A stretch of DNA of 55,034 nt, counting the filler, from Sphacelaria rigidula (taxonomy: Eukaryota): the NCBI GenBank assembly GCA_964200075.2. It is 5 parts of 5 records of this genome, joined end to end, with 100 filler letters (N's around TTAATTAATTAA, not from the genome) between each part and the next. Parts side by side here need not be neighbours in the genome. Positions count along the whole stretch, not along the records: positions 22,057 to 32,982 come from CAXNAA020005662.1; positions 33,083 to 44,008 come from CAXNAA020005663.1; 3 more parts are not named here. One strand, 5' to 3'. The position numbers and the translations under genes were made by a program. Positions 22,332 to 35,329 of the stretch are shown here, one piece after another; position 1 is the first letter of the stretch, and each line of letters starts with the position of its first letter. A model generated the notes under the pieces. That model did not search any database. It saw only the letters and a program-made list of their open reading frames with translations, and was not told the origin of the DNA.

Positions 22332-24042
22332 TTAAGGTATTTTCGGTGGACCAATTCGATCCCGATCATACAAGTGAAGACTCAAAAAGGATCATTGTTT
22401 TTAATTCCACCTATTCGACAATCAAATCACAATCAATCAATCACTGCGCTAAATCCGGAAGATTATGTTTCCTGGACCATTCACGGTCAATAACACCCTC
22501 CTGATAAACGGGATCTTTACTCCGTATCGCCCCCACGACACCAACTTGAGCATTGCGATTTGAGCACGGTCTGCTTATTTTGCCAAAACTATCGAAGCTA
22601 GCACTTTCGAGTGCTCATGGAAAATGTTATGCGCAAAAGAAAAAAGTCATCCGCAGAATATGCTAGACTGAGGTCTGAGCAGTATAGAAGGGAAACACGA
22701 TCTCGATCTTTGTTGTTGTGAAGAATTGTATTCATATTCATTTGTCTGAATATTTACCGTTTCGTTGCGGAAGAGAGCCGGAAAACTGTGTTTATTGGAC
22801 CAAAAATGGTCAATAACACCCTCCTGATAAACGGGGTACCGAGTTCGTATCGCCGCAAAAGCACCAACTTGGGCACTACAGTTTGAGCGCGGCATACGCT
22901 TTCCCCCTAAATCCACCGGCGCTAGCACTGTCAAGTAGTAATGAAGAACAGTAGTCGAGAGAAACTCAAAAACTACAACAACTACGAATTCTGAAGACTT
23001 CAGATGCTGACTACTGTAGACCCTGAAGTGCTGCACACGGCGAATACCTTGAGATATATAGAAAGGCTGTATGAATGCTGGGGTCTTTCGATTATTTTTC
23101 TGTTTCGCCCGATATCCGATGTCCCATGAGGCGGTGTCTATGTATCTGAGAGCACCCGTGTTCAAAACTCAAAGAAGATTTAGCTCGAAAAAACGGCGTG
23201 AGAAATCGCTGGGGGGTAAATTCTGGTCGTTCACCCTGAACCATGGGATGACTCTGCTGTTGCTATGGCAACAATTGATACCATACCATGGAACGACGAC
23301 TCTGCCGCATCGTTACTGACATTGTTACTGTGGGTTGACAAGCTTGTGTTCTCCCTCATGACGAAAGCTATAATACCCTTCCTTACTCATGACCAACCGC
23401 AGTAGTACAGTAGTAGTCGAAAAGTATCCACCACTGACGGCGGGCATATGAGGACGCTCTTATTCTCGATATTCGATAATATCGAGACTACGAAAAGAAG
23501 CGGGGAAAGGAACAAGCGTCAAAAAGCAGCACAGTGATCAGCCGTCGTAACCATCGACCCGCCAGGTGATCAATCATCGTGCTGTTTTTAGACGCTTGTT
23601 TATTTTCCCATTTCTTTTCGTGGTTTTGATAAGAAGTAGCTGGGTCCAGGATGTACAGCTACAGTCATTGTCCATTCAGGGTTACCTCATGTTATTGTTT
23701 TTTACAAGACCAAAAAAAAAAGTTGAGCTGGGGCGAGGGCCTCCGCTGTTGTTCCGCGTGTAACCGTTTTTTTCATGCCCAGACGATAGACTGAAACAGG
23801 CTCGCTCTCACCGCGGGATCGATTTTTCCCTTGCTTTACCGCACAGGGTACGCCAGATTCTCGTGTTAAAACATGAACATATTATACACAGCAGCATGGG
23901 TAAGCATGAACGCGTAGCGGTGAAAGGCTGGTTAACCTTTACCGCGTGCGAGTGATTCTGAATTCAAGCGAAGGCAATACTGCGGTGAAATCCAAGACTC
24001 CGTGGGAATCAGCAAGACTTCACGCAGTCCTTATTGCCGAAC

Positions 24043-25590
24043 ATGATGCACGACCTCAGCAAGCTGGGCCGGTATCGACGGCTCTCTAGGGAGAATAAGA
24101 GGCTAAAAAGGCGCATGGTCTTAGCATCAATGATTTTCGTCGGTACCGCATGTGGTGTCCTTTACCTTGTCCGCGACAACCATGCGGGATACACAACTAG
24201 GGACCCTACAAGGCGCGAAAACGGCGACGACGCTAGGCAACCAGGGCAGCAACACCGCGATCATCACAATCGGATATTACGCAACAACTCGGTGGCTAGA
24301 CGGACAAGTGCAGTACTAGCAGGGACAGAGGATAATAGTGTTGGCGATGTAGAAGACGGAAAGCACCAACGCGGGCGGGAAATGTCGGCAGTGATGACAT
24401 TTGAGGGTATGCAGCAGCAGGCGAAAAACGTGGGTGAAGGACGACTACTCGCTTCGGGCACCTGCAATGAGGAGACTGCGGGCGCTGGAATGACAATTAT
24501 GTACGTCGTTGGGATTATCTACAGCTTCCTCGGTCTAGCAATTGTTTGCGACGAGTTTTTCCAGACTTCTCTCGAAATAATCTCGGAAGTGCTCAAGCTT
24601 ACACCTGACGTTGCCGGCGCGACCTTTCTCGCCGCGGGGTCGTCCGCGCCGGAGTTGTTTACCTCACTGTCCGACGCGTTCGGCGCCGCAAACTCAACGG
24701 GAACAGGAACTATTGTCGGCTCGGCGATGTTCAACATCCTGGTCATTGTCGCCCTGTCCGCGGCTGTGGCAGGCCAAAACGGAAACAGTATCTTCATCGA
24801 CTGGCGGCCGGTTTGTCGAGACGTGACCTTCTACTGCTACTCCATACTTATCCTCTGCTTGGTGTTCCTTGATAGCGAAGTGCAATGGTGGGAAGGCTTC
24901 ATCATGGTGACGTCGTACGGCTTCTACATCGTCTTCATGAAGTACAACACGGTGATATTGGGACATTGCCAGTCCACCAAGATTGGCATCACTGACGAAC
25001 AACCAGGGGCAGGAGCCGCTCCGGGCGCCAACCCGGACGATGTAGCCAACGCCGTAAAGGCAGTCAACACAGCAAAGCGCGCCTCGCACGGAGGCAGCGC
25101 CGAAGCCGGCGAAATTACCGCCAAGGTGTCCCCGAGCCCGGCACAAGACAACGGTAAAACCGGCGACGGTTCGGCGGATAACGCAGGCGCGGCCGAGAAG
25201 GACAAAACCGCAAATCCGACTCGAAAGTCCGCGACGCTCGGCGTCCGCAACCGCGTGGAGAGGAGGAAGAGTGGTGGTTTGACGGCGACCGATTCGCAGC
25301 CGGAGGGTTCAGCGGTGCTAACCAAGGGGGACAGCTCGAAGGGGCTTGTGGGAGCCGACCAGAACCAAGCAGTGGCGGATGAAGAAGCTGGGCTTGCGGA
25401 CGCGACGGCTGCTGCAGCAGCGGCTGCTACGGCGGCGGCAACAGCCACGGGGGCAGCAGGGGAGACCGGCGCGGATTCCGCGGCTGGTGGTGCTGGGATG
25501 GCGGGAGCAGACGGGAAGGAAGGTGCGCATGGGGGCGCAGAGGAAGGGGAAGAATCGCGCTTTACTTGGCCGGACCGTCTCTCGGATCAG
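24043..25590 (+). CDS. NCKX/SLC24-like Na+/K+/Ca2+ exchanger, coding exon 1 (N-terminal anchor, first TM bundle with alpha-1 repeat, cytosolic loop)
   Basis: 516 codons from ATG 24043; LAIVCDEFF, DVAGATFLAAGSSAPELFTS, GTIVGSAMFNIL, RDVTFY; CAG|gtgagg donor. Confidence 0.93.
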
Positions 25591-25810
25591 GTGAGGGAAG
25601 CAATCTGCTCTTCATGTTTCGCCCTGAAACTTAAAGACTGAGACATCGTGAAGTGACATCACGTGGGTAGCCAGTTATAATAGCAGTATTGGGGGGAGTT
25701 AGTTCGAAAACGTAAACCATAGGTTTTCGATCAAAGCTTAAGGTCCCCTCGCTGGATGTACCTAATTTCGTATACACGCCGGCCGGACTTTTTAAACCGT
25801 CTGGAATAAT

Positions 25811-26344
25811 CCAAGGTTTTGTTCTGTAAGATACGGGTACGTTCTGTAGGGTATGAGATTCCTTACAGAACTTACAGAGCTGTTGGGTACCGGTATGAAT
25901 GTCTTACAGAATTCACAGTACTGTCGTGTACCGGTATGAAAGTTCTTCAGAAAACCGGTACCGGCAATCGGGTATTTATTCAAGAGCATACCAGCGCCTC
26001 GGGGTAAGGTAAAGCTTTTGTACAAAACTCAAACAACTGTCGGGTAAGGATATGGGAGGCTTTCAGAACTCACAGAAACTGTCGGGTAGGGTATCGAGGT
26101 TGCACAGAAAACCGTACCCGCAACCGAGTATCTTATCAAGAGCATACCCGTGCCCCCCGGTGACGGTACGGGAGGCTTACAGAACTCACAGAACTATCGG
26201 GTATAAGGGTATGAAAGACTTGGAGAGATTACAGAACTGTCGGATACCGCTATGGAAATATTACAGAGTTTACAGAACTGTCGGGTACGGTAAATACCCG
26301 GCCAAATAGTACAAAAAAACGTACCCTACAAAATACGACCTTGG
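25811..26344. mobile_element. TIR element with internal ~37-bp subrepeats, copy 1
   Basis: ccaaggttttgttctgta...tacaaaatacgaccttgg; repeated acagaactgtcgggtaccggtatg. Confidence 0.8.
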
Positions 26345-26945
26345 TATATCATCACCCGCCCTGTGGTGGGACCTACGTCACTACAACAGTGGCGAAGTAC
26401 AGGTGACAGTCCACGACAACTATGAACGGCTTCACCGGGTTGATGGAGAAAGACTACACGAACAATCGCAGTAGTACTTGCGCATGGGATCGTCGACATC
26501 TATCGGCTTCACGTACACTCCCACAGAGTACATGAATGAGCATGCACGGCTGCCCGTTCTCTGGAAGCCCCTCGGCACGCAGCAAAATCGCCGACGGCCT
26601 TGACGACTTTCGGTGGCAGCTCATAATCTGTGCTGTGCATGTCGATAACACCCTAGAGTTGATGGCGACGACGTAACCATCATCAGCGTCGGTGACATGC
26701 GTCTTGCTACTTGACCCTCTGGTGGCGCAGATGAATCACCCCCGCTCGAGCCACCACTCGTGTCTAGGGGTGATCCATCCTGACGGTCTGCAGGGCTGCT
26801 TGTGTTTCGTGTTTCCACTCAGCGGTACCTCGTATCCTGTCAGATCCCAAACTAAATAACTTTTCAACATTGAATTATTGTTCATGTGCAGTTTTGAATT
26901 AAGGATGTGGGTGGCTTGATCGCGATGCGAGGTACATGTTCAGGT

Positions 26946-27524
26946 CATGAGGTTGTGTTTGGATTGAACCTATATCCGTACCTCCTCCAGGTATATACCT
27001 GTGCTCATACCCGCAATCGGGTATATCTATAACGGTATACCCTGACCCCGGGTAGGGGTATGGGAGGATTACAGAGCTCACAGAACTGTCGGGTACCGGT
27101 ATTGGATGAAAGTCTTACAGAAATTACAGAACTTGTCGGGTACGGCATGGGAGGTTTACATAAAACCGGTACCGGCAATCGGGTATTTCTTCAAGAGCAT
27201 ACCCGAGCTCCGGGTACGGGTAAACATTATGTACAAAACTCACAGAGCTGTCGGCGAAGGGTATGGGAGGTTGCACAGAAAACCGTACCCGCAATCAGGT
27301 ATATTATCAAGCGCGTACCCGTGCACCCCGGTAACGGCACGGGAGTCTTGCAGAGATTATAGAACTATCGGGTATAAGGGTATGAAAGTCTCACACAGTT
27401 TACAGAACTGTCGGGTACCGGTATGAAAGTCTCACAGAGATCACAGAATTGTCGGGTACAGTAAATACCTGACAATATACCCCGGGTATACAGAAAACCG
27501 CACCGTACAGAACACAATCTTCGG
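26946..27524. mobile_element. Second copy of the subrepeat-containing TIR element
   Basis: Colinear match (aaaaccggtaccggcaatcgggtattt...aaaaccgtacccgcaa); ends tacagaacacaatcttcgg. Confidence 0.78.
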
Positions 27525-27787
27525 ATAATCTCTCGTTTGTGATGGTGGCACCCACGTTTTCCGCGTGTTCGTTCGTTCACACTGGAAACTATCTGTTGTC
27601 GTGCAAAGAGATTCATAATAGAGCGAAAGTAGAGTGCGGCGGAAATGTCGCACAAACGGGGAAACGGGAGATGAAGGCGGAGTAGGTAAGATGTAACTTA
27701 GTATTCCGAATACAATTCAGCCTCCATTGGGGTGGAGTTTGCGATATTGATGGGTGACATGTACAGCAAGTCGCGCTTCTGCCATTT

Positions 27788-28516
27788 AACAACCGTCTTT
27801 CAAAGTTGAATATGGAACTTTTCCTTGTGAAATGATTACCCCGAAAAAATAAAATATGCGTATCCACACCAATTCTTCGGAATTTGGTTGCATTCCTTTA
27901 CTTGCTAATAGCTATTGACAACCATTACACGCCATAAAAAATTGGATTCCGGACCAATGCTACGATAGCCTCCCTCCAAAAAAAGTGGCTGGTTCGGGGA
28001 GGCAAACCCTACACGTGGATCGAAATGACAAAAGCCGAGCACAAGGAGCAGCTGGGAATTCCTACGCCTGGGATTATTTCGCCAACATCACCTATATCAG
28101 GCGCTCCATGCAGCCCGAAACCAAACATCATGCGCTATATCACTTTTTCTTCGTGGCAGTTGTGGGCTGGTTCTGGGGGGGGAGGGGGTGTCGTAGCGTT
28201 AGTCTCCGATAACCGAAATTCTCGGGTCCTAGGTGAATTGACAATCATGGGAAATTGAGATGATCCTGGGTGAAGAAACAAAATGATCCGATCGGATCAC
28301 CGAAATTTTACAGCATTGGTTTCAAATCTAGGATCCCAAAAAATCGGTTATCGGAATCTAAATTTGTATGGCGTGTAGTTGTTGCCAATAGATACCAGTA
28401 GGTGAAGGAATGCAACCATATTTCGAAGAGTTGGTGAAGATACGAATATTTCAATTTTCCAGGTTATCATCCTCAAGGAAAAGTTCCATCCTCAATTTGG
28501 AAAATCGGCGGTTGTT
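27788..28516. mobile_element. Foldback family A, copy 4, carrying a nested ~255-bp MITE (27951-28206)
   Basis: Family arms interrupted at ggatt^cgataaccgaaat by ggaccaatgctacgata...tgtcgtagcgttagtctc. Confidence 0.75.
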
Positions 28517-29696
28517 TCCCTCCACTCCAGTCGCTTTCCCGATGCTACGAAGAGAGGACCCTGAGAAATGAGGTTAAACACCCGAATGAGTCTCATGCCC
28601 ATAACAGGGCTTTCCCTACACTGGGAGTAGTTGGGCCCAGTGACTTTCTCGTCGACCCAATGCCCCTCAATCGCATGGAAACTGTTCCAGTGCCTGTTAA
28701 CGACGATTTGAGTCCACAGCGCTGAACGAAAGCGTCATTTTACCCTGATGTGGGGGTTATGATTATTACGGGAATTTGACGTTACGCTCATCGGTATGGG
28801 TTAACAAAATCGGTACAAGGCGCTGAACCATGCGATCGAAGGGCGCTAGGCCGATAAAGATTCACTCAACATACTTGCTCCTAGCGTATGGGGATGCTGT
28901 GGGGTTGAGATTCATTTTTTTCGCTCGACCTCATTTCTCAGGATTCTCTCACTGCTGTATCTGTCGGAGAGCAGGTAACACGGGATTTCACAAACCGCGG
29001 ATTATTTCTTTTATCTGGGGATGAGCCTTGGGAATCTTCGCAAGGACCGAAATAGTTTCAGAGAAAAAAACGAATGCATACTCCGGCTTGATGTGTGGCG
29101 CTGCTCATCCTCAAAATAAAATCCATCCGCATTTTGTAAGATTCCGTGATAGCATGGGGGTTCTGCAAAATGGGAACATTTCTTTGTGCGGGAATGTATG
29201 GAGGTCGAAATTTTTCGGAATGAACGCGGGATTTTACGGTTTGCAGATGGATTGTCTTTTAGGAATAGCCTACACGTCACGGCCGGAGAGTTGATAGATT
29301 GATTGCCGTACTCTAGGTGATCTCCCAGGGATCTAGCAGTGATCACATGATGGACGTGGTGTGCACTTGCCTTTTTTGTCGAAAGCATTTCTATTGTTAT
29401 TATGAAGTTTCCGAAGCTTATCTTCGAATAGGAATAGATGCGCAACGTGTAAAATTCCGTGTCAGCTTCCATATTGAACCGCAGAATTTCGCACGTAGAC
29501 GACCAAGATTGTATGCAAAAAGGAATGGCAAGAATCACTCTCAAGCTACAGAGGTATACCTCCGGAAGGTAGTGCACCCCGGCTGTGAGCTATAACCAGT
29601 ACGCGCCAAAAGCTGTATTGCGGTTGCAGCCATAAAAACAAATCGTGGTGAAAAGGACCCTACAGCGAACAAAATTGGGCAAAAACCCATGATATT

Positions 29697-30177
29697 CAGA
29701 CCGCTTCTTATAGACTGAAAAAAAACTCTCCGAGAACTGCCCTTTCGAAGCTTTCATCGCGGATTGTTGGCGGAATACGGGCCTTGGCGGATTGGGCCTC
29801 CTCGGGAAGATGCTCTATATGTTTCAGGAGGATTCTAGCGCACTTTTCCGATTGTTTGTACGCCCAGTTTTACTTTTGACCGGATCCTGAATTTTTTCAG
29901 TCGCCTCCAAAATCATCCAGTTGTCGGAAGAAAGACGTACTTTCCCGCGACAACTCGAAGTTTTTGGGGTGACTGAAAAACTCCAGAATCCGGCCAAAAG
30001 TAAAACTTGGCGTACCAAAGATCGGACAAGCGCGCTGGAATCATTGTGAAAGCTATAGCAAATCTTCCCGACGAGGCCCAATCCGCGAAGGCCCGTATTC
30101 TGCCAATAATCCGTGATGGAAGGTTCAAAAGTGCAGTTCTCAGAGAGATTTTTTTTCAGTCTATAAGAAGCGGCCTC
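29697..30177. mobile_element. Foldback element B (~480 bp, long inverted arms)
   Basis: ccgcttcttatagactgaaaaaaaa...gaatacgggcctt mirrored by aaggcccgtattc...ttttttttcagtctataagaagcgg; pairing continues to near the centre. Confidence 0.85.
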
Positions 30178-30678
30178 AGAGAGCTGAAAAAAAACATTTT
30201 CTAGAATAAGAATAGACGACCATCTCTCCCTTCCTTTTTATGTGCAAACAATTTTCGGTACCCGTCGTTCACAGCTTTTACATTCAGGCACTGGGCCACC
30301 GGATGTACCGTGCATATATTGTGTTGAGAGTTTGCACCGGGGATGAAACTGGCAAATCCCCAGGTCTTTGAGCATTTTTCGGCCGTCATCCACGACACCG
30401 CCTCTCCTACCATTAAATGCTCAACCCTCTTGACCGTTTGTCCTCGGTCGAGATATTGGCCCACACGGTGTGCTTCAACGCCTTATTTTTCAAGCAGATT
30501 ATTCGATTTCTAGTCATCCAGGCAAAAGCGATACACACATCTGCACACGACATGACGCTCGAGTCCTGGGCATAAACATACGTGCTGCAGCAGCTCCTTC
30601 GTAAAGCGTGATCAAATTCCATGCTCTTGGGCGACTCGTCACTGCCAGTTTATTGTGGTACCTCCCGAGCATGCCATT

Positions 30679-30712
<34 letters not shown>

Positions 30713-31530
30713 ACTCCCGACCGCGCCCCCACCACCCGTCCCCCCCCCACCCCTCCGGCCCTCGCCCNNNNNNNNNNGTAAAGCGTGATCAAATTCCATT
30801 CTCTTGGGCGACTTGTCACTGCCAGTTTTTTTTGGTTCCTCCCAAGAATTCCTTTTCCCCCCCCCCCCCGCCCCTCACAAAGAATAAGGGGTAGGTAGGT
30901 ACGGCAGTATTTTCGTGATGAAGAGCCATGGGTTCCACATGATCGCTTCGTGGTAAAGGGGGCAGATAAAATCATGTCACGGCAGCACGGTATGACCTGT
31001 GCAAGAATCCTCTGGCATTTACCTATGGCTTCGATATGAGGCCGGAATGGAACAATACGTGGCTCACACACTTAATAGTGCATAAAGCTTCCGCATACTC
31101 TGTACAGTATAATGTTTAAGTACGAGGGCAGAGGGACAAAACAGGGTCATGGTCCAAACCAAGGTCTCGTGAGGGAGGGTTTTGTGGAGTCACGGTACGG
31201 CAAGGTCTGTGGGAGAAACTAACGCGCGCGCGCGCGTGTGTGCGTGTGTGTGGAAACGCCAATGCGTTGTGCACGGCACCATTGTACTCTTGATGTTTTC
31301 GTGCAGAATAAAACGAGGGTAATAATGCAGCTTCCATCATGATATCTATCATCTAGAATTTATTGTGATTGATCACACGGCCGACACGTTTTACAGAGGA
31401 ACAAGAACGAGCATCTCTCCTCTCCCGGCTTGCTCGGCCCCGTCCCCACACACAATCCCACGGTTTGCCCCCACACTACATTGTTGACAACGAGTAAAAT
31501 CAAAACATGGACTTGAACACACACCGACAG

Positions 31531-31747
31531 GTCCTGTTTGTACTAGGATTCCCGCTGCTGGTAACGTTCACCTTCACCATACCGGACTGCGGCAAGCCCA
31601 GGTGGCGACAGTGGTACGTGGTGTCATTCCTCATGTCTCTGTGGTGGATCGGTGCCCTTACACACTTCATGGTGGTATGGGCGACACAAGTGGGCTGCAG
31701 CCTAGACGTATCTCCGATTTTCATGGGCCTCGTCGTGCTTGCCATCG
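31531..31747 (+). CDS. NCKX-like exchanger, coding exon 2; remaining exons absent from this scaffold
   Basis: cag|GTC...ATCG|gtgagt; VLFVLGFPLLVTFTFTIPDC...FLMSLWWIG...FMGLVVLAIG (start of alpha-2 repeat); phase 0 join to exon 1 over a 5940-bp intron. Confidence 0.9.
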
Positions 31748-32662
31748 GTGAGTGCACTGTACGTGGTCGAAACGATCGCAACAAAGCCGGAAAAGAGGGG
31801 ACAGCGAAGGGGGGGGGGGGGGGCAATGTACGTAACAAGGGGAAAATTCACACGACACGTCTGACTCACTTGTCAGGAGTGCGCTGGACACATGCTCAGC
31901 GGGTGATTCAGCATAATAGGATGGCTCTTTCAAGGGAAAAGGCGGGTACCTGTAGTGTGCAACTACTACTTCGGAACTAACCATGGGCTATTTTTTGTGC
32001 TCAGAGGAAATAAGGAAGAAGGCAAACACACACACATTAAAATCCGTCGCCCTATACACATGTGGCATCATCACAGATGTTCACGTCGGCGGCAAGGATA
32101 GATCACGGTGGATAACGCGTGTGATGACTCCTCTGTATCCGTATGCATTGTTGTGATTTTCCCGTGATAGTTCGCCTCTGTCTACCTCTGTGTCCGTCTC
32201 TATCTTTTCATTTATCTTTGCCTCTGCCTATATCTTTGCCTATATGTCTGCCTCTGTCTTTGCCTCTGCCCCGGTCCCTCTACCACCTCCCCTCCCCCTC
32301 CCCCTTTCAGTCTGTCTGTGTTTATCTCTCCCTCTCTCTCGATGTGCATGCGTTTTCGTGTGCTCTTTTTTCTTAAATCAAAAAGTGTATTTTACGAGGC
32401 GCTGTTATCCCCTGCAGAATGTTCCTTGCGGATATTCTTGACTGACTCCCACACTGTACAATACTTGCGGTATTCGCGGTAGAAATGTGGTGTCCGCTGC
32501 ATGGCTTGTGGCGAGGGGTGTTTTGTCCACCTGTATCATAGGCTCAAGGTGTATGAACATGTGCTGTGCGGGGGGTGAAGTAGATCATAATAGGCATTTC
32601 ACAGCGCGCTACAGTTCTTGAAACATGCTTCAACACAGAATATTTGACTGGATTGAACATTC

Positions 32663-32982
32663 AACACGGGATCTTACAAATTGGGGATGGATCATTTATT
32701 GGGGATGAGAAACCGTAGGATTAAAATCTTCGTATCCGCACCAAATATTCGAAATATAGTTCCATTTCTTCACCTACTGATAGCTATTGACAACTGCTAC
32801 ACGCCGTAGAAATTTGGATTTCGATCACCGAAATGTTGGGGTCCTAGGTGAAAAAATAATTTCGGAACCATTTTGGCGTCCGCTCGGACACCCGGAATTC
32901 CACCAACCTGCTTTTTCATCTAGGACCCCAACATTTCGGTGATCGAAATCCAAATTTCTATGGCGTGTAGCAGTTGTCAATA
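32663..32982. mobile_element. Foldback family A, copy 5, truncated by scaffold end
   Basis: Closely matches the left arm of 18504-18947. Confidence 0.88.
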
Positions 32983-33082
32983 NNNNNNNNNNNNNNNNNN
33001 NNNNNNNNNNNNNNNNNNNNNNNNNNTTAATTAATTAANNNNNNNNNNNNNNNNNNNNNNNNNNNNNNNNNNNNNNNNNNNN
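32983..33082. other. Artificial scaffold linker
   Basis: Same structure; truncates a foldback element and the NCKX gene. Confidence 0.97.
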
Positions 33083-33517
33083 CGAAAGCTTGGCCAACGA
33101 TTCCCCCCCACTTTGTACCACCTTCTATCCTTCAAGATCTCTAAAGTCTACGTACCGCTTGGTGCTCCTTCTCGTAGGTTATGTGGTCGGTCATTGGTAA
33201 GGTGTTTCTAACATGAGGGCAGTAGGTCTTGGCATTTATGCCATCCGTCGTCCACCCCTTCGCTTCATTAAGCGCCTTTTGCACCTAATGTCGGAACTTT
33301 CGGGAAATGGCTGACCAGACTTCCACCGCGTACTGGAAACCGGTCAGGTTTTACGGGTACCTCACCCCCAACCTCCATGTGAATTTGACATGGAGGGGGT
33401 GATGACCCTGCCCTATCCGTACTGGTTATATCTTCTGTACTTTCTATTTGCATGTAAGGTGATCAACCTCCACGCTGTTGTTTTCATGTCTAGGTTTCGG
33501 ACTTACTACTACCTCAC

Positions 33518-33692
33518 GTTTGTTATGATATTGGGGGGAAAACCTCGGTCGTTTTCCGACTTGATATGGGACAGTAGATCTGTTGTTTTTCGCGATTCCA
33601 CGTTCATGTTTGGGCTGTGTTTTGGTAGGGTGAAGAAAAGGAGGGTTAGCTTCTCTTTTCCATGTCCATGTCCGGGCTGTATTTTGGTATTT
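33518..33692 (+). repeat. Dispersed copy of the satellite leader plus ~2 units of the 63-bp repeat
   Basis: tttgttatgata...ttttccgrcttgatatg matches 4646-4700, then gggctgtgttttggtagg...gagggttagcttctc...ccatgtccatgtccgggctgt. Confidence 0.8.
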
Positions 33693-35329
33693 GAAAGAAG
33701 AGGGGGGGGGGGGGGGGATATCCCACCCCTTCCTGGGTAGTTAAGGAGGGGAATGCGACATTCGCCAGATATCACCCCCTCGCACCCCGAAAAGCACCGA
33801 TCTTCTCTCTTCCGGACGGTGGTACATAAAAACAATGCACGGGCACCCTTGGCCGATCCCATTTTTTCTTCTCAAAAAACCATATGTTTTGATCCGATGA
33901 TCCGCACGGGGAGGGGCTTCGAGCATCACTATTTCCGTCTTTTCGTTCACAATACATGAAACACTCGAAACAACACCAGACGCACCCCTGCTAAGAGTCA
34001 AACAAAACTTTGCGCGTACGACATGTGTCCTCCGGTGGTAGTGTACATATATTCGCTTCGATCCGGAGACAATAAGTAAACAACGCTTGATCACGTCTAT
34101 GAAAAACAAGCGCGACCAATTTGAAACAAACAGGCTACGTTCGCGCAGTCGGTTTTGGTATCCATTCCCATGAGGGCTGGTTTGCCTCCCCCCAGAACGA
34201 TGCTGCTCGTCAGCACGTCCGTCTTCACGGCCCACTTCCGGATGAACCCTACCCTATTTCAGTACAACAAAATAATCGAGAGTACATACATACGTACATT
34301 GCTACCGTTTATGGTCTTCGACACTCAGTTGTCATCTCACCTGCACCAGTTTGGCTGCGATAGCCAATGCACTGCTTTTCGCCTTCGCCACGGCAGTCTC
34401 GATGGATGGCCCAGAAGATGTTGCCATCCTCACCTTGCATGCACGAGTGGCCTTGCGGAGATTGCCGAGCTGTGGTTTTTGTGCCGCACACGGTTTTGAA
34501 GGCGAACACTTTATTCAGCAGCCTAGCTCACCTCGTTTTCTCGATTTCAGCGCCCGATATTGCCTTGAAGGGAGTAACAGTTGGAGCGCGCGTGTGTGTA
34601 TAGTGTGACGGGGGGCAGAACGTGGGCGGCTGTGTACACAACGAAGATGCCGCCCCAAATTCAGTAGTGCTGCTGAGTGGTCGCTCTCCCGGAGCTCGGT
34701 TCACAACTTCGAAAAATGACACCAGTTGTGCACACGCTACAGGAATCCCCCTCAACCGCCAGGGCGGGTTATGGGTTGAATCTGCACCCTCTTCATAACA
34801 ACAGCTGCTGAAGGGTTCAGGCGTGTCTTCGCAAAATGTTTTTTTTATTGAAGAGCGGCGGGTAAAACACCCGATCTGATACGTCTCAGGATAAATTGAC
34901 AGTTGAGTCAATGGGTAAAATCCCTTGGCCGTGCGGGTCGTCCATCTGCATCATGCATACTTTTCTCACTTGAAATTGAATCCGATCGATTCAACGAACG
35001 ACCCCTCCTTGCCGTCACCGGGTTGAAATCCCAATATCAGTGTTGACACTCGAATCAAGTAACCACGTCTTGGGGACGTTTTTCAATAATAATTTTGTGG
35101 ACCAGCAAACCCTGCTGCTCCTCGCACAAAGAGTGAATAATCGCAGCGCAGAGGGATCCGACGAGTACCGGGACGTACCGCTACATAATGCAACTGGTCC
35201 AACGGTCGGAATACTGCAAAGCGGAAATCGGATTCAACATAGCCGGATGAAAATGGTTGACCTGGGAACGGGAGAACGAATACCAGCTGTGCAATGAAAC
35301 ATAGAGAACGAAAGCGCACTGCGGGAATT

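Noticed and set aside
24264..25530. Antisense and alternate-frame ORFs over the NCKX exon
   Set aside because: Shadow ORFs of GC-rich coding sequence
25811..27524. LTR pair flanking a retroelement, or CRISPR-like 37-bp repeats
   Set aside because: Each copy has its own inverted termini; no TG...CA ends, PBS, gag/pol or unique spacers
30601..30870. Direct repeat flanking a poly-C tract
   Set aside because: Spans a 10-N gap in low-complexity sequence; may be an assembly artefact
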